A stretch of DNA of 55,172 bases, the filler included, from Bipalium vagum (taxonomy: Eukaryota), in assembly GCA_037834085.1 (NCBI GenBank). It is 3 parts of 3 records of this genome, joined end to end, with 100 filler letters (N's around TTAATTAATTAA, not from the genome) between each part and the next. Parts side by side here need not be neighbours in the genome. Positions count along the whole stretch, not along the records: positions 37,135 to 55,172 come from JBBMKC010043341.1; 2 more parts are not named here. One strand, 5' to 3'. Below, one piece after another: positions 37,135-53,700 of this stretch. Each line of letters starts with the position of its first letter. Positions within the stretch are counted from its first letter, which is position 1. The position numbers were made by a program, and so were the translations under genes. The notes beneath the pieces were generated by a model. That model was not told the origin of the DNA and searched no databases. It saw only the letters and a program-made list of their open reading frames with translations.

Positions 37135-39279
37135 ACGAACAATTAGCCTCAAGTCAATATCCGACAACCGGATCCGAGATCAGTATAAAAGGACGCAACG
37201 AAAATCTAACACAAAGCGAGCAAATAATTCAAAGGACATCAATTCAACCAAAGACTAATTTGAACGCAGATCCTACAAAATAAATTCGTTTCCGTACATT
37301 CGCATATATCCAGGTTACAGCGTCGACCCAAAAGCCAATTCACCACCAATACTACCAATTCTTCGACCAACGAGCCCTTACATAGGACCAGTTCGACTTG
37401 TCTACATTCACATGTGGCCCGGCACTCCCAAAAGGTTTCTACAGTTCTTTCCAATCCAATAGACAATCTTCGATTTCTATATTTGTACAGCAATCCAGTG
37501 GCTTTTGGACAATTCATCCAAATCTATTATTGGTCGTCAAAAAGTAATTTTTTCTACTTGTCACTAAACAGTGTCAAAGTAAATATAATTTCCGTTTAAA
37601 TTAAGACTTTATTTATTTGTCTTGGTTATTAGTTTTATTTTAAATTACTTTGAAATTTTAATAATAACTTTTTATTTTAAGTTAAACTGGTTTTTGGCTT
37701 AAAGACGAATATCTTAAGACCTTTTTACAAAAATTAACATTAGTGTAATTGTGTTACATATTATTACATATTAGATAATATAATATAAGTTAGCTTATAA
37801 TTTGCAATTATAAGACTAACCCTGATTTATATTAAATTTTATTATTCTTTTCTACATTGCAATTAACCAAGCGTGTTCTGTAGACAGAACACAGTTTGAA
37901 GTAACTTTTAATAAATAAATTCTCAGACCAGGATCTGAGCATCAATTAATTTTTTAAGACTCTTTTCTTTAAGTTTTACCTTTTATCGTTTTTTGTTCAT
38001 ATTTCACACGCTAAGTAGGGTGGTGAAATATATTTGTTTTTCTTCACTGAGGACCTCTGAGCCTAAGAGCGAGTGGATTTTTATAATTAATAAATACAAT
38101 TACCAAAATCAATTTAAAAATCGGTCAGAATTGTCATCACTCATTGTAATTTTGATATTGAGTTTGAATAAAAGTATTAAACCAAAAATTGTTTTCTCAG
38201 TGCATTTAATTAAAAGCGAACACGACCTAAAGCAACCTTCAACCGTTGAGACCTAAGATACATTTACGCTCCAACCTTTAACATCTTTTAGTCCATCACT
38301 TAGGATCTTAACAGAGTGTTTTAGTGATTCTATTTTAGTGATTTAAGATTTTTTTGTTGTATATTTATGTCTAGCTTCCCAACCCTAAAGATAAATAATA
38401 ATATTAGTACTAATAGGAATAATATTCTACAAATTCATAAAATGAAAATAATACTTTTATATTAATAATTAATTATTTATATTAATAATTAATTATTTAT
38501 ATTAATTAATAAATTATACATTTAAATTAATGGCAAAAAATTAAGTTGCAAAAAATAGTAACAAGATTTTAATGACAAAAATCTATTAAAATAGTAATAT
38601 AAGTTGGCAAAAGAAATGAATAGAAAAATAGAAAATAATTAACTTTGGTAACAATTGTTGCCCGTTTAAATTAAAGTTAAAATCGAGGACATAAAACTCC
38701 CAAAAAAATAAAATAGACAACAAAATGCAAAACCAAATAAACAATGAAAGAATTTCGGAAAACTGACTTGCAAAGTAATTTCAACCGACCACCGTGAGAC
38801 CTTGGACAGATATAAATTAGACACTTGCCAATGGAATTATAACTTAACTTTTGGCCGACAATTCAAATAAATTTCGTAAATTCTATTCTTTTATTTTTCG
38901 AAATCCTTTCTAAATCCTTCAGATTTTGCAGGTATATTTCCATATTTTAATTTCAATCAACTCATTTACATGAGGATTAAAGGTTATAAATATATTATAT
39001 AATTATATTATATTATATTATATTAATAATAACATATATAAACATCCGCGTTAGATCTTTATGATCTTATAATGAAGTTGAGTTTTAAATTAAAATCTCG
39101 TTATCAACCTCCCCAATTTTTGTCAATTTAGCAATTGTTAAAATTACTTGAAAATCAAATTAAAAAAATACCAGGTGGGTTTTTTCTGCTCATTCGAGGA
39201 TCAAATAAATCGCTTTATCTTGTGAAGAGTTCTGAGTGTATTTTGTTTAATTAAAATTTGAACCCAAAAATAAAATTTT

Positions 39280-40530
39280 GTGATTCTGTTTGAAAAAATA
39301 GCACCTGAAACTTATGATGAAATTGCTTGCTAGCGATAATTCAAGCAAAGAATGGTTGGTTTCAGTGCCAAAATTACCGTAGATACTCGAATAAAAGTCG
39401 GTTTTTTTCTATAAAATTTAATGAAAAAATGGGGTCGACTTATATATGAGTCACAGCAAAAAACGGACACTTTTCTTGGGCCGAGCGACGAATTTTAGCT
39501 AGGTTTGTGCATCGTTCGCCCGTGATATTGATCGATAATTCGGTTAGTTAAGCGGTTTTAACCAATGTAATGGCTGTATTTATGCAATGTATCACGTTGT
39601 GTTCATAATTGAATACTGGTTATCATTTATGTTTCTTTTTTTCCCAGTTTTTCTCAGCATCACAGTGCTGCACATGATAAATTTATTTCAAATTTTGCAA
39701 TGAATATTTTGCAATAGAGTATCAAAAGATCGACATTTTTTCCTTGTTATTTTCCAAATGTATGAAAGAGGAAACTACCCAGACATATATTTTTACCATC
39801 GACTTATACACGAGGTCGACTTAGATTCGAGTATCTACGGTAACTTCGTTCAGGTGAACCGAAAAATTCGAAGGCACTGATTTACAAGTGATAAATGATA
39901 AATACCTGTATCAATCACAATATAAGTCCGTATAATTGTTTAATGTTAGTAGAAAATTTCTGTGCGTCTGGTAATCATGGGAAAAAACTAAAATGGTTAG
40001 TGAAAGAAAGGACGTAGAGAGACGAGAGAATGTGTTAAATCTTGCTTAAAAGGGAAAAAATGTCTTTTGAAGCGCATTTTGACTGGAGACGAAACTTAGA
40101 TATCGTAATACACCCATAATAATAAACGAAGAAAATCAATACCTGACCCCAGACAAAACTCCAAATTGACAACAAAATGAAATATTCACTGCAGGAAAGT
40201 ATTTGTATGTTATATTACTGGATCAAAATAATCAGTGTATCACGAGTTGCTAAAGAACCAAACCATCACTGCTGAATTTTAAAAAATTGATAGACTTAAA
40301 CAAGACAAGCGATCAAAGTATGCAGAAACGTGACAAAGCTATCTTCTTGCACGATAACATGAATCCCGAAGCCGCAATGATTATGAAGGCCAATTTTCGT
40401 ATTCACCGAACATTGATCAGGATGACATTATTTGTTTTGATACGTAGCACATTGGTTTTCAGAACAGCACCTTAAAAGGTATGAAGAAATAGAAAAACGA
40501 CTCAATGATTGAATCACTGTGAAAAAGAAC
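39280..40530 (+). mobile_element. Decayed mariner element interrupted by a MITE
   Basis: RSGEPKK-like linker after the insertion, RILTGDET*I, IFLHDN, YSPNI; heavily frameshifted. Confidence 0.7.
39377..39840. mobile_element. 464-bp pogo-family MITE (non-autonomous)
   Basis: TA duplication at 39375-39376 and 39841-39842. TIR CCGTAGATACTCGAATAAAAGTCG versus CCGTAGATACTCGAATCTAAGTCG (reverse complement), 22/24 identical. Subterminal TCGACTTA repeats; no ORF. Confidence 0.9.
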
Positions 40531-41076
40531 TATTTCTAATTTAATATAAAACTTTGCAGTTTTCTAACATCATTAGTTTTAAATCTTTATAATAGTTACA
40601 TTTTCTATTTCATAAGCTTAATGAAATGAAATTAAACTTAAATCAATAGTTAAGTAACCATTAGTAACAACCTTGAATTAGCTCCTTATAAGAAAACCAG
40701 GCTGAAATAAGTTTCAACAAAAATAATTAAAGGTATTAAGATATAAAAAAACGATATATTTTAATATTTAATAAAAAACGAAAGAAATCCTTTTTACTTT
40801 TGTGTCATAAAATATCAAATCTGTAAACGCTAAGAGAAACATAAAGCATTGGAATTTTAACATTAATATAAAAAGACCTGTAAAGGTGGTTTAGAATGAA
40901 CAAAGCACCATCACCATTATCAATGAAAGATTTCAAAACATAAAAATGAAACTAAAAAGAGAACATCTCCTTTAGAAAACACAGTCGAATAATAAAAAGC
41001 GCGCGCAATATAAAAAACGCATCAATTAAACTGGTAAAAAGCAAATAAAAATAATCAAAATGAAACCAAAATTCAA

Positions 41077-44553
<3,477 letters not shown>

Positions 44554-47169
44554 TTAATAAATAACCATTTTTAGTAATTGACAGTAACGACTAATAAATA
44601 TTTCATTGTTTAAAAAATATAAATCAAAATTCTTAAATCAATTAAACTTAAATTAAATTATTTTCAATTTCATTTTATAATTAATTTATTAATCGATTAA
44701 TTTTTTAAAATTTAAAATCAATTTATTTTCTAATTAAATTAAAATATAAAAAATTTTAATATTCTTAATCAATAAAATTGATTTATTTTTCAAAGAATCA
44801 ATATAAATTAATTACTAATCAATTTTTTAACATTATAATAATTATATAAAGATATTTATATTATTTTTTAATGATTATCAATATTATTGTCATTTTTTTT
44901 ATTGACAACATAATACAAATAATATTATTTATGTCTTCATTTTTATTTTTTTACTATACTTTTCAACAAAAAAGGAATGAAACAAAGAAAAAATGTGTGT
45001 TATTATGTTAATTAATTGTTTTCTAAGTATACGCATATATTAATATTCGGAAAATATTGATCAAAATGTGCAATGGATCTGACTTAAAAATCAAATGGTT
45101 GTGTAAGCAACGTACCAACAAGCAAACATTTATACAATCCATAGGTAAATGTTTTAAATTTAAAATTGTATCGAAAAAAACAAAAAATGATATCTCTATT
45201 TACACTTCTATCATTCCCATTAGTTGAATCTTACATATCGCAGTAGGTTCACAAACACCTTCCACTAACTAACCACTACACTTAGATTGTCAAAACAAAT
45301 AATACAATAATAATAACGAGATTATTGTGGAAATACGAATATATTACGAATGGTTAAAAGATAGGAAAACAAAATGGAACAGTAATATTGATAATTGCAT
45401 GACTTAAATTTCCAGTAAGAGTCGGTTGGTCAAATATAGCATCTATCGATCTTTCACAACATAAAAATTGACTACCAAACTCATTAAAACGTTAAAATCG
45501 AAATAAATTACCAATTTAAACATATCTTTTAGTGTTCCTTGTTTCCAAAATATGTCAATTTTTTTTATCAGCTTTTCAAAAAATATCTACGGTATTTCAA
45601 ATCAATAAATATCTTTCTGTTTTACCTGTGAATAGGCGGCTCTCTGTTCATCTTACATATATTAGTCGACAGTCAATCGAGAAAAATTAGGCGGCAGCAT
45701 TCGGAGATTATCAAAAACTCAATGGGAATAGTCCTACATATTTGATTTGCTTATAATATTCGACACATATAACTATGCGATTGATTAAAGAACACAGAGT
45801 GAAAACTATTCGACTTTGTTATGGATCTTTTAATAATGGTGATGAAGTCGGTCATTTGTTATTTGTGGCACTAACATTATTCACAGTCTTAAGCTGAGAA
45901 CTATTTCAGAATTTTGAAAATTTTTATCGAATAGATTTTCGGTAATTAACTCAGATTAGATTAGTAGAAAGATTTGTAGAACAAACATTGTATATAACAT
46001 TGAGAAAATAAATTTGAACGCCTTACTTTTTTTTAAAATAATTTTTTAAATAAAATGAGGGTGAAACCTTTTTTACTTACTATAAACAAATTGCAAACAG
46101 GCAGTCATTGTCAAACAAACTGCAACACTCAGCAGTCACACAAAAACAACCACCAGCTTCAGGAAATCTTTCAAATACAACAAACTCTAATTAAAAGTTG
46201 TGCCAGGGAAAACCATGGTCAGAAAAATAACATGACCGAAAACCATACTTGTAATCTTCTGATAATTTTCTGGGCAAAAAATATATTTTTCACTGGCTCA
46301 CATAGTATTTTGTAGTTTATTTTAGCGTCTCTGATTGGCCAGTTTAGCTGTCAATCATGACGTACTTTCTATAATTATTTTTTTCTAAAAATTATCATTA
46401 AAGAATTTTAGAGTGACATGGTACTTATTAAAAATCAGTAGTTGCTCCTAAAATAATATTTTCAATTTATTTTTAAAATTTTTCAAAATTAATTTGAATT
46501 AATAATTAATAATTAATACACATAATTTTAAATTAGCCAACATGTTCTTTTATTTTTCACCAAAAATTGTAATTATAGAAAGTTAAAAGATAGGAGTCTA
46601 ACCTCAACAAATCTAAAAAATTGTCAGTCTCATTATAAATTATTTATTGGAAATGCATTCAACCGTCGTTATTAAGGAACTTTTTTAAATAAAATTTTTT
46701 CGCCATATATACATATTTTAGGAATTATAAGGAATCCTTTATATATAGATCTTATTTCTTTTTATAGGTGCATTGGTGATTTTTTGTTCAAAACCATGTG
46801 GTTTACGAAATCATTTTGGTTGAGAGGTGAGAATCACACACACTGCTTTAATTAATTTGTATCGACCATATCTTTTTTTGTCTTTGGTATTTGAGATTTG
46901 TGTTTTGATTGATTAGGTGTCTGTATGCTAGGTTTGGTGTTTAACTAACGCTTGGTTTTTGTAATGGGTTTTATTTAATCAATTCAAGATGTTGATTGTT
47001 CTTAATTTGAATTATATACTATATATTAGATCTTTTTATAATTTTTTTAATATTTAAGATTAATAATTCTAAGTTTATTAGATTCTTAGAAAATTAATTT
47101 GATTTTTTCAACCCAACATTCATTAAACTTAAAATAAAATATAAAAGATATTTATATATTTTAAAGTTC

Positions 47170-47842
47170 ACAAAAATTTAAATGGAAGCAGAATCTCAAA
47201 CTATAAAAACAGAATACAAAAACAAGATTCAACATTATTAAAAAGAATCTGTTGTCGAGGATATCCAATGTTCTATAGATCAAATAAACATTGAATTTTT
47301 CATGACGGCATCTGAATACATCACCATAGAGGAAAATATCAATGGGTGGCAAGAACTAAAAATGAAGATATTATCAAGGAAGATATTATTGACATGATAA
47401 TCACTCCTAATAATAAAACTGGAAGTTCTTCCGATGAAGGTAATAATACATGAAGTTCCGAAATAGTATCATCTTATCCAACTATTAAAGAAGTAATCCA
47501 CTCTCTTTAAGTTATCAAAGCATTTCTTTGTTCTTCTAAAAAAATTTAATGAAGGACTCTTGATATTTTAGCAGATTTAAAAAGCAATGGTTATCTAAAA
47601 TTCCCAACCAAAGGTCAAGCAAACTACTTTACAGAATTTTTTAAACAAAACTTTTTATGTTGATGTTTTATCTTTATAATTTGATTTTTAAAACTTAGAT
47701 TTTCTTTGAATTTATTTTATAGTTGATTTGAATAGTACTCATTCAGTACTTATTCTAGTGTTGTATAATCTAGCACCAATGGTATAATGGAACCACGGTG
47801 TCTAGTTGACCTATGTCTTCCATATAACCAGGGTTGAATGTA
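47170..47842 (+). mobile_element. Decayed Tigger/pogo 3' fragment
   Basis: Acidic C-terminal remnants (EDIIDMI..SSSDEG, PTIKEVIHSL, KQTTLQNFFK resembling the Tigger KQTxIxDFF end). TIR-like terminus CATTCAACCCTGGTTATATG (reverse complement) next to TA near 47842. Confidence 0.5.
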
Positions 47843-48337
47843 TTAGCTTTTATGTAAATTAGAAGAAAAAAATATTTCAATAAGAAAACTATAATTTCAC
47901 TTTTATAATTGTGTATGCTTAGTGATTTTTTAAAAAAACTAACATTAAGAAAATCTAAATAATTATTATGAAAAAACTTTTTATATTAATGACATTCATA
48001 TATAATTTAAAATTAATTACTTAGTTTTATTAATATTTATTTAATTTAATTTTAATAAAAATTGATTTAATTATTTTATTTTATTAATTATTATTTAATT
48101 TTTTAAAAAAAATTTGTATTAAAATGCAGTTTTGTAAATATGCAGTTTTTAGAAATAAAAAACTTATACAAAGGTTTTTGTTTAACTGCATTAATATGAG
48201 GTCACACAAAAATTATGATTTGTGTATTATAACGATCTTTTGATGGATTTTTAATTTATATCGGAAGTCATTTCACGCTTTAAATTTATTCTGTTTGCTA
48301 TTTTATTTTAACAATAATTGCCATTTATGATCACCTT

Positions 48338-50761
48338 ATGTCTATTACCAGACAAAATGTATGGCAACAAGTCTTAGCTCAAGATGCTCTATATAACAAT
48401 TATCGATTTCCCAATAAGCGTGACCATCAACATCGAAATCTCTATCTGAGACGCCGAACCCAGTTATCTCGCGAATACTTTCAAAACCAAACGTTTGTCA
48501 ATTCCGATCCTCAAATCCGTTCCCAATACATCGCGATCCGAAAGCAATTGCTTTGCAATCGTTACGGCCCGATCATCTACAGCAGCTCCGAAGCCGGATC
48601 AAATTCTCTCCGATCGAAAAGCCGAACACCCAGCCTGCCCTCATTGATCCGCCAAATGGACCTCGATCTTTCCGAAGGCTCTTCTCCGATTTCCGGTATC
48701 AATCCTCTATCATCATTATCGTCGACATCATCGTCACGAGCCGGGTGGATGTGGTCGGAAATCGTCGTTCCAACTAAAAACGCTCTGGCCAGTCGCGCTC
48801 TGGCCGGCCGTGACTCGGTGGAAGAAGGCTACGCCTTTGCCGGCATCAAGCATGTGTTCGATCACTGCTCGGCCGGTGTCAATCGGATACGATTTGCTCA
48901 CAACGATTCGTCGCGATTGGCCGTCGGCTGTGAGGACGGTTCTTTGTCTATCTGCCAAACGTGGCCGTTTCCACGGGAACGGGTTCTGGTTGTACTGAGA
49001 GATCAGCACCGACAGGGAATCACGGATTTGTGCTGGTCCAGTGCCAATGATTTCATTTTGACGGCATCGCGAGACTCAACGGTCTGCCTGTGGAAGATCG
49101 ATTCGTCAATTGCAATGGTTACCGAAGGTTAACTTTTCATTTTTGATCACTATCCTCGTAATCAGATCATCTTTTATTTCTCCTATGCATCGAGAGAGTT
49201 AAATAATAAATAAAAATATTAATATTAATGAAAAAAATATTTTTTAATAAATATAAATAAAAAAATAATAAAATATCGATAAAAATTATTAATAATAAAT
49301 ATCAAAAATAAATAATAAAATATTAATAATATATACTAATAATAATTATGTATTAATAGAAAAAAATATTTTTAAAAAATAATAATAAAAGAGATAAATA
49401 AATTCAAACTATTAATAAAAAATATTGATTAAAAGAAACCGTCCGAATTTGTGCAAAAATAATAAAATTAATATTTCCTTCTGCTGTCGGATTCTTGTTC
49501 AATCTAAAAGTCAATTTTTCAATTGCTTTCGTATTCTTGGCTGATGGTTCAATACTGGTCAAATATGTCGAGTCGATATCTGCTGACGTTCTTATAATTT
49601 AACAGCAAATGAGCTTCATTATTAGTGTTAAAATGAGCAAACAAGTACTCCAGGTTACCGAAATTGAAATAAGTGAAAAATTTAAATTTATAATAATAAG
49701 TTTTTAAAAAATCGATTTTAAGAGCATGTTGATCTTGTTTGGCCATTTAATCAATACTTTCATTAATATTGCCATGTGTCATGAATCATAACTCATATTT
49801 TCCTTACGATGCAGACTCAGCTTCGCCATCGTTATCGTCCTCCCAATCGTGTCTGGCACGTGTGTATTCAGCTCGGGATTTGAATCTGAGTCGTCGGGAT
49901 GTTCTGGCTGTTGAGTTTCAGCCGATGAACAACAATCTCTTCGTCGCCGGTGGCCTGGACGGCGTTGTACAAGTGATCAATTTGTCAACGGGTAAAGCCG
50001 TTAGAAACGGTCGCGATAAATTGGGCGGTTCGATAACGGCCCTGGCATTCGAAGAAGCAACGGGAGAGTGTCTGTGGATCGGCAATAGCCAGGGCATTAT
50101 TCAGTCATACGTATTTGAGGTAGGAACCGGTCGTATCGTCCGCGCCAAACGGATGACCGTTTCAACGCGTCCTTGCACCATCACCAGTCTGCAGGCACGG
50201 GCCTGGATCAGTCGCGAGGCACGTGACCCGTGTTTGCTGGCAAATGTGTCAATCAATTCCCTGCTTTTCTTTCGCATAGTTTCACGTGACGGACAGATAG
50301 TGTTAAAGAATAAGTTCCCCGTTCGTCATTCCTCTTCATCGTCCACTGTTGCCAATAACAACAACGGTGGTCGCGTCAAGTCGATACGGAGCTCATTTTG
50401 TCCCCTGATCTCATTTCGACAAGGTGCGTGTGTTGTGACGGGCAGTGAGGACGGAAACATTCTTGTGTTTGACGTGACGGCCGGTCAGCTCAACTCGCCC
50501 AAACACTGCGTCAACGTGCTCCAAGGTCACAGCGGTGCTGTGATCGATGTCGCCGTCAGCTGTGACGAATTGGTGCTGGCCTCGTGTGACGATCGCGGTC
50601 ATGTGATTCTCTGGAAAAGGATCAACGATAATGCTGTCGAGTCAACGGCGTTTTCCAGTTCTGGCAAAGACGAAGGTGACGGTAGCAGCGGCTGCCATGG
50701 TGATAGCGGCGGTAGTGGTGGTTATGAGGGGGGAGAAAGTGTTGGGAATGAAATCGAATAA
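48338..50761 (+). CDS. WDR13: WD repeat-containing protein 13, 2 exons, about 578 aa
   Basis: Exons 48338-49127 and 49815-50761; GT-AG intron in phase 1. VWQQVLAQDALYNNYR...YLRRRTQLSRE, YAFAGIKHVFDH, WISREARDPCLL, IRSSFCPLISFRQGACVVTGSED and LQGH...LASCDDRGHVILWKR are WDR13 signatures. Confidence 0.95.
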
Positions 50762-53700
50762 TGAACCAATTTTCCTGTTTTTCTAAAAAAATCGATCGAT
50801 TCATTTTTTGATTTTGTGATCGATTAATCCACAAAGGCCGGGTGCAGAAATTCGGTTTTGTGATTATTGATTTTTAGAGCTTTAATTTTTGAATATTTGC
50901 ATTCCATTTATTTAATTATTGATCAGTTTTTAAAAATTATTTTATCATTGCTAAAAGTGCAAATGACATCGATCGATCAATTGATTAAAATAGTTTAAAG
51001 GTCGATATATTGATTAAAATACACATTTCCATAGTGTGCAGCATGAAAAATTGTTTCTGTGTATTTTTAGTATTTTAATTTTATTGATTGATGTTATTAT
51101 TATTATTATCGGTTATGATTATAATTTCTATTTATTCATTATTAATTTATTATTATTTCTTCTATAATTCGCCCTCCCCCAAAATGACTGTGACTGGTGA
51201 TTGAAATCGATTTTTTAATAAATCCAATGTACAATAGAGTGAAAATGATTAGTTATCGAATGATAAAATTTAAAAATCGTGTTTTATTGATTTCATGTTA
51301 ATTTTTAAATATTTGATTTGCACCATATGATTAATTAGTGGTATTTTTCAAGACCGATTGGAATTTTTTGATTGATTGAGAACGATTACTGAATAAATTG
51401 CTTTGATTTTTGTGATTATGAGGTGACCAGTGACCCTTCGTTTGATTGATTAAGTCATATCGATCCGACAATCAATGGTGAAGTGGTCGAAGTGGTTACA
51501 TTGCACAAATTTATTATTGTGTTATTGATTTTTTTTTATCAGTCAATATTTGCATTCCACAACATAAATTATTATTATTTATTTTTTATTTCCGAGACGT
51601 TTACCCTTCCAAACATTGTTATTTTGCTTATTTTGTATTAGATGTAGCTTTTGCAGAGTGAATTGAGACTTGGGTTTTTTGTTCGTTCTAGTTATATATT
51701 CAGTGGTGAAACAGACGCTGAATGTGATGGATGTTATTATTTTATTGTTCTCATTATCTATATCGAAAAGGCTGTGAGATCGGATTACTTTTTGTCACCT
51801 GTACACAAAATGTTATTGTTATTTGAACTGTTTTCATTCCAAAAGATCGTAAATCTCACTCATTCTCTTTGATTTCGTTTTTTGATGTCATTGAATTTTC
51901 ATCTTTGGTCATTTGATTTTGTTATAAAAAATGAGAATATCGATTTTATCAAACATTTGATTTGTTAATCGATTTTTTATGGGTGTCACAAATATGAAGT
52001 AAAATCGATAAATTGATTAATTCTTCCACCGTGGATTGGAAAAAGGCTGTGAAATCAAATTTTTTGTCACTTGTATAAATATATTTCCACTTGAGTTCGT
52101 CTGTTAATAATTGAAACCGTTTTCCACTTCGGAAAAGGGCGTTCTTGTTGATAGATAAAAAAATAAATAAAAGGGAAACAGTTGTCAATGTTACTCCTCC
52201 CTGTGGGTATTTGGTTCATGAATTTCACTGAATATTTCTTAGTACTATTTCCTAAGAAAAAATCGACTTTTACAGAAGTGGATCGTGATCGATTTTTGAT
52301 CTTATGGATCGCGAAAAATATTCTTTCACTTGTATGATTTTTTTATTCTCAAATATATATTCTGCACTCTTCGTTTTTGGTTTTAATTATTGAAGCAATG
52401 TTTCTCTTCAAAAAGACCAGTACCATTGTTGACAAATTTATAAATAGAATCGTTTTTTTTATATTTCTGTTTTGAACTAATTCTTTTCTGTATGGCGAAC
52501 CAGTATTTTTTGACCATGAGTTGTGTTGTACGGAAAATTAGAATTAAGGCAAAGCTAAGTGCAGACGAAGTTGGTTTAATTATGAGAAGTTATGGTAATA
52601 ACGACGAAGGAAAGGTTTTAAATCACTATTAATATAAGAACTATGACCAGGGATTAACATCCGGAAGTGAGAACTTAAAAATGAAGGTGTTGTTAATGTT
52701 TTATGATTACTTAAGGAACATGATAATTATGATTTAACCTAAAAACAATGTTATAATTTAATTAATTAAATTACAACAAAAAAAATGACTGAAGAGGAAC
52801 TGATAAAAAGTTTGAAACATTTTTCATAATAATGAATGTTTAAAAAGATTTTGTTGCCTGTTCACAAAAGATGTCTTTGAAAAATATTTTTTTAAACTAG
52901 AAAATCGATTTTTTGACACAGGTTCGTGGTGTGTATTATTTGCCAGTGACACTCGTAAAAAGCTTATTGGTGTTTTCAATACTGATTTTGAAAAAGTAAA
53001 ATGTAAGATCAGATCATTTTTGATCATTGTATTAATTTTTTTGTTAAATCCTCGATTTGATTGGTTTGTTTCATTTTTTGTGATGGTCATCTCTTTACAT
53101 TTGTGACGACATCCACAATCGGTGATGGCAAAACCCGGCACGAATCAACGTGATTCTTGTGTACTGTTGATAAATTGGATCCTTGTTGGTCTGGTTTGGA
53201 GTTGAATGACACGATTGCTTTTCAGTGGTCTCCGATCCGATCAGTACTATTGTGTGTAAATATCGATTTTGAGGTCATGTTGTTATGTTCTGTCATGACG
53301 GTTTGCAAATAGTTGAAATATTTTCACGTTTTGTAACTGTTGCACAGCTCAATCAATAAATAAGCTGCCTTTATCACATCAGTGTTGACCTAGTTCTAAG
53401 AGAGTGTCACCTGTCTACGCTTGTATCGATGAATAAAACCTTGGTGAAAGACCACTTTGAATTCTGTTTGTTATTTTATTTTGTGTTGAGGTCTTGTCTT
53501 TTATCACTTCTTGGGATCTCGTCAACTCTAACGAGAAATAATATAATTAACCGTGTAATATTTTGTATCAATCATTCCTTTCCTCTTTTAGAGGAAGAAA
53601 AATGTCCAGAGGAGTAAACCAGAACTTTGGAGGTTTGAAAAAATTTATCAGACGAAGGGATTTTTAAAAATTTAACGTTCCCCGTATTTGAAGAACCCTG

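Noticed and set aside
52030-52080. miR-2-family precursor (TCACAGCC on the minus strand)
   Set aside because: No complementary 5' arm beyond about 4 bp, so no pre-miRNA hairpin is visible.
53445-53470. miR-71-like TGAAAGAC
   Set aside because: Only the seed matches; the remaining sequence and hairpin are absent.
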